DNA from: Candidatus Latescibacterota bacterium
GTDB taxonomy: Bacteria; Krumholzibacteriota; Krumholzibacteriia; WVZY01
Assembly: GCA_963791045.1 (NCBI GenBank)
Contig: CAWBQK010000011.1
Coordinates: 256,001-320,000, forward strand
Direction of reading: 5' to 3'
Length of the DNA: 64,000 nt
Positions 29,318-38,897 of the stretch are shown piece after piece. The notes below the pieces were generated by a model that saw nothing but the letters and a program-made list of their open reading frames with translations, was not told the DNA's origin and did no database searches. The position numbers were made by a program, and so were the translations under genes. Position 1 is the stretch's first letter. Each line of letters opens with the position of its first letter.

Positions 29318-30763
29318 TTACGCGCGGCGAAAGGGCTGACGTTTGCCGTAGGTAAGCGATCGCCACACCCACTCCATAGGTCCGAACCGGAATTTCCCGA
29401 GCCAGAGGGGTGAAAGAACGAGCTGGCAGGCACAAATCGCCAGGACGATAAGCAATTGTTCGGTTCGTTCAACCCGTCCGTACAATCCAAAACCGTGGCC
29501 GTAGAATATTGTCGTGCAAATGATCGTTTGCATCAAATAGTTGGTCAGGGCCATTCGCCCCACGGCGGCAAGACGCGAAGTGAGTGGGGTCAGCACACCG
29601 TTGTTGACGAGGAGCATGATGCCGCCCGCGTATCCCAGGCACGTGAGAACACTCCCCCAGTAATTGTATTGTGTGCCTTTGAAAAAAGAATACTCAATCG
29701 CCCAGTCGTGTCGGAACTGCTGATGAATTCCAAAGCCGACCACGGGGAGCCCCACGAGGAGTCCCACACCAAGAAGAGCGAGATAGAAACTGTTGGATCG
29801 ACTTGCCGCCAGGACTCCCGACTTGAACAGGCCCATTCCGAGGAGCATCAGGCCGCTCACCCGCCAGATCCCCCAAAAAAAGAACACCGACGTCTGCATC
29901 CCCAGCGAGTAGGGGGCACGAAATGCAACCTGACTGAGCCAGCCGCCTCGGTGCGCCGCGATATCCCGCGCGATGTCTTCGGAAGTCGGGTTGAACCCTT
30001 TGACGAACTCGGCCATCGCCTCGGGCGGCCAATGCGGCATCGACCACCCGGAGACCACAAACAGGGCCGATCCGACCGCCAGCCCTCCGATACCCATGGC
30101 GATCAGGGTCGTCGCGCGGCGGTTTCTAAAAAGATAGACAAGCAAACCACACATCGAATACCACACGAGGATGTCGCCGTTCCAGAAAAGGTACGCATGG
30201 CACAGTCCGATCACCAGGAGAACGAGCATCCGCCTGTAGTGGAGGGGGGCGGACCGTACGCCCTTAGCCTCGGTCCGGCCGGACATAAGGAGAATGCCGG
30301 CGCCGAAGAGCATCGAGAATATCGCCATGAATTTGTATTCGAAGAACAGGTCGTTGGCATACCAGGCCCAGTAGTTCAAACCCTCGAGGCTGCCGTACGC
30401 GGTCGGATTCACCCATGTCGCGTCATTCATCGAAAAGCCTTCGATGTTGACAACGAGGATGCCAAAAAGCGCGAACCCCCTGAGGGCGTCAATGGCGGTG
30501 ATGCGCTCGGCTCCGCCGACCGGTGCGGCCGTCCTCTCAGCCGGTGCGTGTTCGGGCTTCGCCGTCGGCGTGTCGTCACTCGCCTCGAATCCCTCGCACA
30601 CACTCACGGGAAGCGGTGGGTATCTCAAAAAGCGGGGGTCGTTGGCCGCCCGCCGGCACATATAAAAGACGGATCCCTTCGAAGAACGGATAATCCGGAC
30701 GTGGCGGCACCGGGCGCACAGGCCCGCCTGCCTGTCGGCATCAGATGTCTGGTTGGCAGTCAT
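29318..30763 (-). CDS. DUF418 (YeiB-like) membrane protein with an N-terminal 4-Cys domain
   Basis: RI..IDALRGFALFGILVVNI, FSMLFGAG, GRMALTNYLMQT and GPMEWVWR; preceded by CxxC...C...C. Start could be 30799. Confidence 0.85.
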   Translation of the reverse strand: MTANQTSDADRQAGLCARCRHVRIIRSSKGSVFYMCRRAANDPRFLRYPPLPVSVCEGFEASDDTPTAKPEHAPAERTAAPVGGAERITAIDALRGFALFGILVVNIEGFSMNDATWVNPTAYGSLEGLNYWAWYANDLFFEYKFMAIFSMLFGAGILLMSGRTEAKGVRSAPLHYRRMLVLLVIGLCHAYLFWNGDILVWYSMCGLLVYLFRNRRATTLIAMGIGGLAVGSALFVVSGWSMPHWPPEAMAEFVKGFNPTSEDIARDIAAHRGGWLSQVAFRAPYSLGMQTSVFFFWGIWRVSGLMLLGMGLFKSGVLAASRSNSFYLALLGVGLLVGLPVVGFGIHQQFRHDWAIEYSFFKGTQYNYWGSVLTCLGYAGGIMLLVNNGVLTPLTSRLAAVGRMALTNYLMQTIICTTIFYGHGFGLYGRVERTEQLLIVLAICACQLVLSPLWLGKFRFGPMEWVWRSLTYGKRQPFRRA

Positions 30764-30936
30764 GCTCCGAAGAGCGTACCAGATTGGCGTGGATCGCATC
30801 AATCCCTCCGACTCCCGATGTGCCGTTCTTAAACCGATTGTCACCGCCCATCATCTCTATTATGATGAAATCAAACACAGCGGCGATGCCGCGATAGCCA
30901 CCGGTTAAACACAGCTACCCATCGGAGAAATCACAG

Positions 30937-31461
30937 ATGCCCGAGCTTTCCCCTGCCGAACAGAAATTTATTCTCCATTGGGGAGAAATGGGCACCCGGT
31001 GGGGAATCAGCCGGACGGTCGCCCAGATCCATGCCCTCCTCTACCTCTCTCCCAATCCACTTACCGCTGAAGAGATTGCGACCACACTCTCCGTCGCGCG
31101 TTCGAATGTAAGCACAAGCTTGAGGGAACTCCAGACCTGGGGGCTGGTGAGCGTTGGGCACGTTCTCGGTGACCGCAAAGACCGCTACGAATCGATGCAG
31201 GATGTGTGGGAGCTATTCAAGGTGATCATCGATGGGCGAAAACGCCGCGAGGTCGATCCCACGCTGGCCGTCCTTCGACAGAGCGTCGCGGAGCTGAACG
31301 AATCTCCTTCGGCCGAGACGTTCACCAAGCAGAGGCTCCAGGAGATGCTCGAGTTCTTCGAAATCATGACGAAATCGTACGAACAAGTTCGCGAGATGCC
31401 AAAAGAAGAACTACTGAAACTTCTCAAGTTGGGGGACAAATTGAGAAAGCTGTTCGGCTGA
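30937..31461 (+). CDS. GbsR/MarR-family transcriptional regulator
   Basis: FILHWGEMGTRWGISRTVAQIHALL and ARSNVSTSLREL..WGLV. Confidence 0.88.
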   Translation: MPELSPAEQKFILHWGEMGTRWGISRTVAQIHALLYLSPNPLTAEEIATTLSVARSNVSTSLRELQTWGLVSVGHVLGDRKDRYESMQDVWELFKVIIDGRKRREVDPTLAVLRQSVAELNESPSAETFTKQRLQEMLEFFEIMTKSYEQVREMPKEELLKLLKLGDKLRKLFG

Positions 31462-31489
31462 GGGCGGCTGAGCACCTCCCCCTCGTATA

Positions 31490-32110
31490 ATGAAACTACC
31501 CGCACTCCTCAAACTCCCAATGTCCACTTTTGTGTCATTCTGTCTCTTGGCGTTCCTGGTAACGCTTTGTCCGGCGCGGGCCAACGCCGACCCGGACAAG
31601 AAGCCTTTCGAAACCATCACGCTCGGGGCGCACTTTATTACCGGCTCCGCCGATGACACCTTCGAACAATTTTGGAAACCGACAAATGGCGCGCGGTTCG
31701 AACTCTCGACGCCGTTCTATGCGGGGATCGTTCAGGCCGGCGTTCACCTTTTTAACAACGACAATGTTACGGACGATCTCCTGAGTTTTAGCACGGCGTT
31801 TTTGTATCTTGGTTGGGGATACGAATGGCGGCTACCGCTCGATGTCCGCTGGTTTGCCGGCGTTCAGGCGGGAGGATCCCACATGGACACCGAGGATCCC
31901 AACCTTCCCGAAGAAGGACAAAAAGAAAGCGAGATTGGGGTTGGGCTTCAAACGCGGTTCGACTATCCGCTCGGCCGCGGCTGGTCGGTCCTCGTCACCG
32001 GGGACTACCGGCGAATCTACACGCACAAACGTATCAATTACTTGTTTATCGGGGGCGGTGTGAGCTACACATTCGAATCGCCAAACTGGCTGCGGGAGTT
32101 TCTCGAATGA
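31490..32110 (+). CDS. Small outer-membrane beta-barrel protein
   Basis: Signal peptide and alternating aromatic beta-strand pattern. Confidence 0.6.
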   Translation: MKLPALLKLPMSTFVSFCLLAFLVTLCPARANADPDKKPFETITLGAHFITGSADDTFEQFWKPTNGARFELSTPFYAGIVQAGVHLFNNDNVTDDLLSFSTAFLYLGWGYEWRLPLDVRWFAGVQAGGSHMDTEDPNLPEEGQKESEIGVGLQTRFDYPLGRGWSVLVTGDYRRIYTHKRINYLFIGGGVSYTFESPNWLREFLE

Positions 32111-34071
32111 GGTTCCTGGCCGTAATCATTATTTTGTTGCCGGTCGTTGCCGGGGCACTCTACGCGGCGGACGATGCGCCCGAGGGAATCGGCCGCCGTG
32201 TCTTCGACGCCGAGGCTCTCGATGAAGCGGGCGTTGCCAGGCTCTCCGACATCATGCTCCTCATCGACGGATGGGCGCCGGTGACGGTCGACGGTTTTTC
32301 GTGGCAGTCAAGCCCGCGCGGCCTCGATGTTCTGCAGACGCAGCAGTGGATTGTCGTGGTCGACGGGATACGAGTCGATATCAATCTTCTCGGGGTTACG
32401 AGCCTCAATCGGATCCCGGTCAATGCGGGCCAGATCGATTCGGTCGAAGTGGTAAGCGTTCCGCAGTTTTACCAGGGAGAGTTTGCCGACGGCGGGCTCA
32501 TCCACATTTTCACCAAACGCGCGGGGAATGGGGTCGAAGTCCACGGGGCGGCGTTTTCGGGCAATGAAAGCGGTGATCCCGGACCGTACCGGTACACGGA
32601 GTACTCCTCGCCGAATGTCGACAGGATCGGTCCCGACTATGCCGCCGATGTGGCATACGGCGCCACCGACGTTTATGCCGGAGCGGAGTTCAACAGTCAG
32701 CGGCACTACGCCACCGACTCGGCGACACGCTACCGCAACTTCGCGATTTCCTCGGGCGCGTATCCTCAAATAGAATTGGGTGGTGGCGCCGCCGCAGCCG
32801 GAGGCAAGCTCTTTGGCGGTTGGCTCCACGGGTTTTTCGGCAGTTCGAAGCTTGAGGACTACTTTTTTTACAAGCCATACGGACGCGAGATTCCCATCGT
32901 CAGCCGTCTGACAACCACGGGTGTCCGCGGTCATCACACGCTGAGTCCGGGACTGGGGTTGGATTATCGGCTCGTTTACAATCAAAACGAGCTGGGCTAC
33001 AGGCAAAACGCGTTCGATCTGAATTTTGACTGGCGGCTCAACACGTTTCGCGCCGAGTTAGACCTGTCGGGTGAGATTGGGCGCTCTCGGAACCGTGCCG
33101 GAGTGAATTTCGAAAGGCACGAGGCGGTCACCGGCTATGCCTTGAGCAAGAACGATGTTGTTTTGACGCGTTTCTTTGCCGACACCGATATTGGGTTCGC
33201 CCGGCGGTACCGCCAGCGATTTGCCGTATCGGCAACGTCGGGGGAGGGCGACGCCACGTTCGATGCGATGACCGCGGCGGAGTTCGTCGTAGGCCGCAGA
33301 CATCGATTTGACCTGGTTCTCGCTTACGCCGAGCGGCGGCCCGAACGCGATGGCCGCATCTGGTTCTGGCGCGAGCGCGGTTACGGTTTTCTTGATGATG
33401 CAGGCGTTACGGTCACCGCGGACGCGCCCATGGAAACGGCGAGAAAAATCACTCTCGACGGTGCGTGGTCGTTTGATCCTGGTGGCGCGTACAACTGGCG
33501 GGTGAGCGCGTTCTACCGGGAATTTAAAGATTATCAGCTCGAGGATCAGCGGTTCGCGTTTGACGCCGACCAACAGGCGTTTGGCGGCCCGATCCATCTG
33601 CGCGCCGGTGAAGGGGGCGCCATGGCTGGTGGGGAGGCGGTATTTAAATTCCGGCCGGATCGCCGCGTGGAACTCAGGACAACGTATCGGTTGCAGTCCT
33701 CCGTTTCGGGTGATGATTTCTTCAAACGACAATGGGACGCCGTGCCGACACACCAGTTTCGTCAGTACGCGAGCTTCTCGCCGGTTTCGAGTTTTACCAT
33801 CTGGGCGCGGTTGGGATATCTGAGTGGGACGGAATGGTATGACTACCGCGACGCGGCGACTCAGACCGACGGGCTCTACAACGGGACGATCGATGGTTTT
33901 GTGTGTCTCGACGCCGCGGCGCAAAAATGGTTTTGGCAGCGGCGGATCCGGGGCAGCCTGCTCTTTACCGATCTCCTTGGCCAGTCGCCCACGTATCATC
34001 CGATCGGCGCGTCATTTGATTTTAGCTTGTTTGTTCAGTTGGAAATCATTCTCGGCCGCAAGCACGATTAG
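32107..34071 (+). CDS. TonB-dependent receptor-like outer-membrane protein
   Basis: Signal peptide from ATG 32107 (ATGA overlap); plug motifs VVVDG, IDSVEVV, GGLIHIFTK; barrel strands. Confidence 0.75.
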   Translation: MRFLAVIIILLPVVAGALYAADDAPEGIGRRVFDAEALDEAGVARLSDIMLLIDGWAPVTVDGFSWQSSPRGLDVLQTQQWIVVVDGIRVDINLLGVTSLNRIPVNAGQIDSVEVVSVPQFYQGEFADGGLIHIFTKRAGNGVEVHGAAFSGNESGDPGPYRYTEYSSPNVDRIGPDYAADVAYGATDVYAGAEFNSQRHYATDSATRYRNFAISSGAYPQIELGGGAAAAGGKLFGGWLHGFFGSSKLEDYFFYKPYGREIPIVSRLTTTGVRGHHTLSPGLGLDYRLVYNQNELGYRQNAFDLNFDWRLNTFRAELDLSGEIGRSRNRAGVNFERHEAVTGYALSKNDVVLTRFFADTDIGFARRYRQRFAVSATSGEGDATFDAMTAAEFVVGRRHRFDLVLAYAERRPERDGRIWFWRERGYGFLDDAGVTVTADAPMETARKITLDGAWSFDPGGAYNWRVSAFYREFKDYQLEDQRFAFDADQQAFGGPIHLRAGEGGAMAGGEAVFKFRPDRRVELRTTYRLQSSVSGDDFFKRQWDAVPTHQFRQYASFSPVSSFTIWARLGYLSGTEWYDYRDAATQTDGLYNGTIDGFVCLDAAAQKWFWQRRIRGSLLFTDLLGQSPTYHPIGASFDFSLFVQLEIILGRKHD

Positions 34072-34073
34072 TT

Positions 34074-34823
34074 TCAGCGCGTGTCCCTGCTTTCATCTTC
34101 CCGCGCCGCTTCTTCCGCCTTTTCCGCGACCGCGTGATCGACCTGAAACTGCGCGGTGTAGAGACCGACGAGCCGGGCAACAAGTATCGCTGAATAGAGC
34201 GTTCCCGTCGCTGCCTCGAGAAATGACAGCGATCTCACCTGCTCGGTAACGGGCGTGATATCGCCATATCCCAGAGTGGTTAGTGTTACAAAACTGAAGT
34301 AAAGAAGATCCGCTCCGTCCAGAACGCCATTTAAATTTTGTGCGTCTCCGCAATAAAATGAGCCGGGATTGATGTGCTCGAAGAAGCTGTAGATCATGTA
34401 CCAGGTGAGACCGAGCATCAAGTACACGCAAACGGCGCCGTAAAGCGTGTCGGCCTGGATTCGCTTATCGCGGATGATGTGGACGAGAATGATAACGGAA
34501 GAAACAGCGTAAAATGCGATGCCCGAAATGTAGCCGATCGTCATTGAAATCAGATCCGCGCCGAAAATGATATCGATTCCGGTAAGGACAAGCGGAATCC
34601 CCAAAATCAACAATACGACGAGTCCCGGTCGGCTGAAACTGACCGCGTACATTCCCGCCAACGGGATTGTCATGTACAATGCGACGATGAATATTCGGCC
34701 CGCACCACCCTGCCCAACATAGGGGTAGAGAATCAACAGAAGGATGAGGAGCGAGAAGAGATAAAAAAACTTGCCCGTCATTTCTTTGAATAACTTTACC
34801 AATTCCCCGCGAGGTCTCAGCAA
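34074..34823 (-). CDS. Potassium channel family protein
   Basis: Pore signature YFSFVTLTTLGYGDITP; TTG start after GGAGG. Confidence 0.88.
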   Translation of the reverse strand: MLRPRGELVKLFKEMTGKFFYLFSLLILLLILYPYVGQGGAGRIFIVALYMTIPLAGMYAVSFSRPGLVVLLILGIPLVLTGIDIIFGADLISMTIGYISGIAFYAVSSVIILVHIIRDKRIQADTLYGAVCVYLMLGLTWYMIYSFFEHINPGSFYCGDAQNLNGVLDGADLLYFSFVTLTTLGYGDITPVTEQVRSLSFLEAATGTLYSAILVARLVGLYTAQFQVDHAVAEKAEEAAREDESRDTR

Positions 34824-34900
34824 TTTGTCCTCCCCTTCTCGGGTGACCGGAGGTTTTACGCAGGTGACGCTCTGGCTCTCAGAGCGCGATTCCCAAACAA

Positions 34901-34928
34901 GACTAGATGACCATCTGGTATCCGTCAA
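34901..34928 (-). promoter_or_regulatory. Putative sigma-70 promoter of the K+ channel gene
   Basis: Minus strand TTGACG-17 nt-TAGTCT. Confidence 0.55.
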
Positions 34929-35056
34929 CGCCAACAGGGAGCCCGGTTGAGTGATTCTGATCGCTTGATTTCACGGGGTCAGATCGATTACATTGAGGAC
35001 ATGCCGGAGATGTTCCGGTGTGGACCGTATTTTGTTGAGTTTAGAAGATCGTATCG

Positions 35057-35842
35057 ATGAGAAATTTGACTATCTGCATACTTTGCTTCTTCGCGCTCGC
35101 AACCGCCTGCGACAAAAAGAGCGAATGGACCACGGAATCGGGGCTCCAGGTGATCGAGCTTGCTGAAGGGGACGGCGCCAGCCCGAAGAAGGGTGACATC
35201 ATCTCGCTCAATTATACGGGATGGTATCTCGATGGGGACGAGTTTGATTCGACGTCGAAGCTCGGGCATCCCAGGAAGTTCAGGTTGGGGACGGACACAC
35301 TGCTGCCGGGGCTCGAGGAAGGTGTTTATTCGATGCGCAGGGGTGCGAAGCGGATATTTATACTTCCACCGGAGCTTGCTTTTGGCGCCGAAGGCCGCCC
35401 CGGCGTCGTTCCCCGCGACGCATGGGTCAAGTTTGAGGTCGAGATGGTTGAGATCGAGGCCGGCCAACCCTTGCCGCTTCCCTGGAACGAGGCTGGGATG
35501 GAGTTTTACACGACAAAGAGCGGCCTTCAGTTTGTGGATTTTCTCACGGGCGACGGAGAGTTCCCCGAATTGGGGAGCACGGTTGTTATTCATTATTCGG
35601 GATACCTCGACGACGCGACGCTCTTCGACAGTTCGTCTCTCAGGGGGCGGCCCGTCGAGTTCGAGCTTACGGAAGACTGGCTGATCCGCGGTCTTGTCGA
35701 AGGACTGCTCACAATGCGCGCCGGCGGGAAGCGAAAACTCGTGATTCCCCCATTCCTCGGTTACGGTGAAGACGGATTTGGGAAGAAAGTCCCGCCCAAC
35801 GCCACACTAATCTACGACATCGAACTCCTCGAAGTCCGATAG
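35057..35842 (+). CDS. Lipoprotein with two FKBP-type peptidyl-prolyl isomerase domains
   Basis: ATAC lipobox; two copies of SGLQ...G.G..P...Y.G...FDS...GL.EG...M..G.KR...PP.L..G. Confidence 0.92.
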   Translation: MRNLTICILCFFALATACDKKSEWTTESGLQVIELAEGDGASPKKGDIISLNYTGWYLDGDEFDSTSKLGHPRKFRLGTDTLLPGLEEGVYSMRRGAKRIFILPPELAFGAEGRPGVVPRDAWVKFEVEMVEIEAGQPLPLPWNEAGMEFYTTKSGLQFVDFLTGDGEFPELGSTVVIHYSGYLDDATLFDSSSLRGRPVEFELTEDWLIRGLVEGLLTMRAGGKRKLVIPPFLGYGEDGFGKKVPPNATLIYDIELLEVR

Positions 35843-35958
35843 CTTCACTGGTTCGGACAGACCCCCATCCTATCCTGACGGGAATTTAAGGATTCATTAA
35901 GTGGTATGGCCGCCGATTCGTGTCTATCCTATAGATGGACTCTAATGGGAGGTTTGAG

Positions 35959-38121
35959 ATGAAACGGATGATGGCTGTGTTGATGGTCTTTTGCGCTGTG
36001 ATGGTGTGGTGTGCGGGTGCGTTCGCGGGAGATGTGTTCGATATTCCAAAAATGGATGAAATCAAGATCGACGGTCTGGGCGAAGACTGGGGTGACGGTG
36101 GGTTTCGGGTGGCGTTTTTGGCGGCGCCGGATGGACGTGTGCTTCCCGCCGATGATTTTGATGCGCAATTCAGAATCGGATGGAACCATGACGGGCTTGT
36201 CGTGCTCGCGCTGGTTACGGATGACATGCCGGCCGAGAACGAAGAACTCTCAAGTCTTTGGCGCATGGATTGTGTGGAGATCTTCGCTTCTGAGAGCGTG
36301 GGTTCGTCCAACCGGTACCAGGTGGTTGTCGCGTCCGGCGCGGATCCTGACTTTGGAAAACTGCGTAAAAAGGTTTACGACCACCGTCCGGAAGGAACCG
36401 GCGCGGGCGATCTTACCGCCGAGATGGTGAGCCGTGTGTCCAAAAACGGTTACACGGTCGAGATGATGCTTCCGTGGTCGAACCTCGGGGTCACCCCGTC
36501 CGAAGGTGTCGAACTGGGTTTTCAATTTGTGGCGAACGATTATGACGGGGATTGGAAGACGAGTCTTCGTGTCGCCTGGTACCCGAGTTATGACGCGCAT
36601 TCGAATTCGACGGCGATGTACGCGATCCGGCTTTCCGGAGAGCCGAGTGACGCGGTTTTGATGCGTGCCGATCGTGAGATCCGTTTCGAGGGGTGTACCG
36701 CCACGGTTCGTGGAGCCCGCGAACTCGTCGGCACACCGGTAGAGGTTCACTCGGGCGGCAAGGTTATCGCCCAGGCCAAACTCGTGGAAGACGAAGGACG
36801 TGCGTGGACACGCATAGAGATGCCGGTACCCCAGGGCTCGGCCGCCTGGCCGCAGATGGATGTCGTCGTTGGCGGAAATACGATGGTCACGGCGAAGCCG
36901 CTGCCGACTCTCGATTCCGTCATCGAGAAATTCATCGAAGTCTGCGGCGGACGCGAAGCCATGCAAAAGCTCCAGACCCGGGCGTGCCGGGGGCAGCTCG
37001 TAACTGATCTCTCCTGGCACGATCCTCCACGCGACTCGATACCCTTCGAGGCGTATGCCAAAGCGCCAATGAGCTGGGTGCTCATCCACAAAGGACCCGG
37101 CGGGACACAACGGGTCGGTAGTGACGGAGCAACAGGGTGGGAGCAGACGCTCGACGGCGTGAAAGATTCCGAGAAGATGCGGTTCGCGAGACTGGGATGG
37201 TTCCTCAATCCACAGGGGCCGCTTTACATGCGTGACTACTTTCCAGGAATGGTTCTTGTCGCGAAGGAGAAACAAGCAAATCGAACGGTGTATGTCATCG
37301 AACCGCGGGGCGCGGGCGCTGACAAGGATCGAAAGACTCTCCGTTTCGACGTGGAAACGGGGATGCTCGTCCAGATCGGTTACCACTGGGGTCTTGAAGA
37401 CTTCCGTGAAATCGATGGCGTGCTATTTCCGTATCGTATCATCCTCGGCCGAAAGGGCGGGTCGAGCACGTATGTCTTCGACGAGGTCTCGCACAACAAC
37501 GATGTTGACGACGCGCTGTTTGAAAAGCCGGATCCGCGTACGACGGTTCCGGGTCTGTTCGATGGGATTGATGACGTAAAGGCGCTCCCGATGCTCGAGC
37601 ACCTTCCTCGCGTACATGGTGGCATGAACGTCCCCGCACGCGACGGCCGGTTCTTGTACGATATGATCATTCGTAATGGTTACAAACGTGGTCTCGAGAT
37701 CGGTACATCCAACGGGTACTCGACGCTCTGGCTCGGACTTGCGTTCCGGGAGACCGGCGGCCGTGTCATCACGCTCGAAATCGATCCGGCGAGTGGAAAG
37801 GAAGCCCGGGGAAATTTTGAAAAGGCCGGGCTAGACGACACCATCGACGCGCGAATCGCCGACGCCTTCGAAGAGATACTGAAGATCGAGGGTGATTTTG
37901 ATTTTGTATTCATCGACGCGTGGAAACCTGACTACATCAAGTTCTGGGGAATGTTGAAGGGGCGGGTCGCCCCAGGGGGCGCGATCACGGCTCACAACGT
38001 GAGTTCACAGGCGCGCGACATGCGCGACTTCCTGGACGCGATCAAGAACGATCCTGATTTCGAAACGACACTGCACGAGGTTAGCCCGGCGGGGATTTCG
38101 GTGAGCATCCGCCGCCGTTGA
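35959..38121 (+). CDS. Secreted multidomain protein: CBM9/DOMON-like domain, LolA-like domain and class I SAM O-methyltransferase
   Basis: Signal peptide; IKIDG..EDW, DCVEIF, GYTVEMMLPW; KFIEVCGG...FDVETG...DFREIDG...FP; LEIGTSNGYST, FDFVFIDAWK and PGGAITAHNV. Confidence 0.75.
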   Translation: MKRMMAVLMVFCAVMVWCAGAFAGDVFDIPKMDEIKIDGLGEDWGDGGFRVAFLAAPDGRVLPADDFDAQFRIGWNHDGLVVLALVTDDMPAENEELSSLWRMDCVEIFASESVGSSNRYQVVVASGADPDFGKLRKKVYDHRPEGTGAGDLTAEMVSRVSKNGYTVEMMLPWSNLGVTPSEGVELGFQFVANDYDGDWKTSLRVAWYPSYDAHSNSTAMYAIRLSGEPSDAVLMRADREIRFEGCTATVRGARELVGTPVEVHSGGKVIAQAKLVEDEGRAWTRIEMPVPQGSAAWPQMDVVVGGNTMVTAKPLPTLDSVIEKFIEVCGGREAMQKLQTRACRGQLVTDLSWHDPPRDSIPFEAYAKAPMSWVLIHKGPGGTQRVGSDGATGWEQTLDGVKDSEKMRFARLGWFLNPQGPLYMRDYFPGMVLVAKEKQANRTVYVIEPRGAGADKDRKTLRFDVETGMLVQIGYHWGLEDFREIDGVLFPYRIILGRKGGSSTYVFDEVSHNNDVDDALFEKPDPRTTVPGLFDGIDDVKALPMLEHLPRVHGGMNVPARDGRFLYDMIIRNGYKRGLEIGTSNGYSTLWLGLAFRETGGRVITLEIDPASGKEARGNFEKAGLDDTIDARIADAFEEILKIEGDFDFVFIDAWKPDYIKFWGMLKGRVAPGGAITAHNVSSQARDMRDFLDAIKNDPDFETTLHEVSPAGISVSIRRR

Positions 38122-38211
38122 CGCGCCGGGTCTTCTTGGGTGATTGATGTGTTTTGTACTATACTCACACAATACATATCGAACCCGCGCCGGATTGGGA
38201 GGACATATTAG

Positions 38212-38895
38212 TTGCACATACTCGTCGTTGAAGATGAACCGAAGGTAGCGCGCGCCGTTCGCGAAGGGCTCGAGACCGAGCACTACGATGTGACCGTGGC
38301 GATTACCGGTGAGGAAGGTTTTTTTCTCGCGACCACCCAGGTGTTCGACCTGATTCTTCTCGATCTCATGCTTCCCGGCCGAAGCGGTTTTGAAATACTC
38401 TCCACCCTTCGTGACAAAAACTGTGACACTCCCGTTTTGATACTCACCGCGAGGGATGCCGTCGAGGATCGTGTGAAAGGCCTCGACAGTGGCGCCGATG
38501 ATTATCTCGTAAAGCCATTCGCTTTCGCCGAACTTCTTGCGCGGATTCGCGCGTTGACACGCCGCGGCCGTGCCGACCAGACGCTTCGACTGGTCCTTGC
38601 CGATCTCGATCTCGATTGTGTGACCCGTCGCGTAACGCGAGGCGGTCAGGATATCGCGCTCACGGCAAAGGAGTTTGAACTCCTCGAATACCTGTTGCGG
38701 CACCAGGGACACGTGGTATCCCGCGAGATGCTCGCGCGCGATGTGTGGAAAGACGAGGAGCGGACGGCGGCGGTAGACAATGTGATCGACGTCCACGTGA
38801 CGCGGCTTCGCCGCAAAGTGGACGCACCGTTTGCAACGAACCTTTTGAAGACCATCCGCGGTGTGGGGTTCGAAATGAAAAAGGACGAAGGCTGA
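38212..38895 (+). CDS. OmpR-family response regulator (CusR/CopR-like)
   Basis: LVVEDE, LDLMLP, GADDYLVKPF and winged helix VIDVHV.RLR.K; TTG start after GGAGG. Confidence 0.93.
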   Translation: MHILVVEDEPKVARAVREGLETEHYDVTVAITGEEGFFLATTQVFDLILLDLMLPGRSGFEILSTLRDKNCDTPVLILTARDAVEDRVKGLDSGADDYLVKPFAFAELLARIRALTRRGRADQTLRLVLADLDLDCVTRRVTRGGQDIALTAKEFELLEYLLRHQGHVVSREMLARDVWKDEERTAAVDNVIDVHVTRLRRKVDAPFATNLLKTIRGVGFEMKKDEG

Positions 38896-38897
38896 TC

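Noticed and set aside
29456-30832. Long antisense ORFs (e.g. 29456..30832, 49285..50565, 36250..37386, 13841..14974, 41389..42453)
   Set aside because: They lie opposite well-supported genes, lack motifs, and are expected shadows in GC-rich coding DNA.
31813-32106. Long N-terminal extensions in the ORF track (TonB receptor from 31813, kinase from 38745, dipeptidase from 27430, kefG from 7872)
   Set aside because: They overlap upstream genes or promoters; downstream starts give proper signal peptides, SD sites or coupled overlaps.
34824-34990. c-di-AMP (ydaO) riboswitch upstream of the K+ channel
   Set aside because: The conserved ydaO motifs were not found and the predicted leader is too short.
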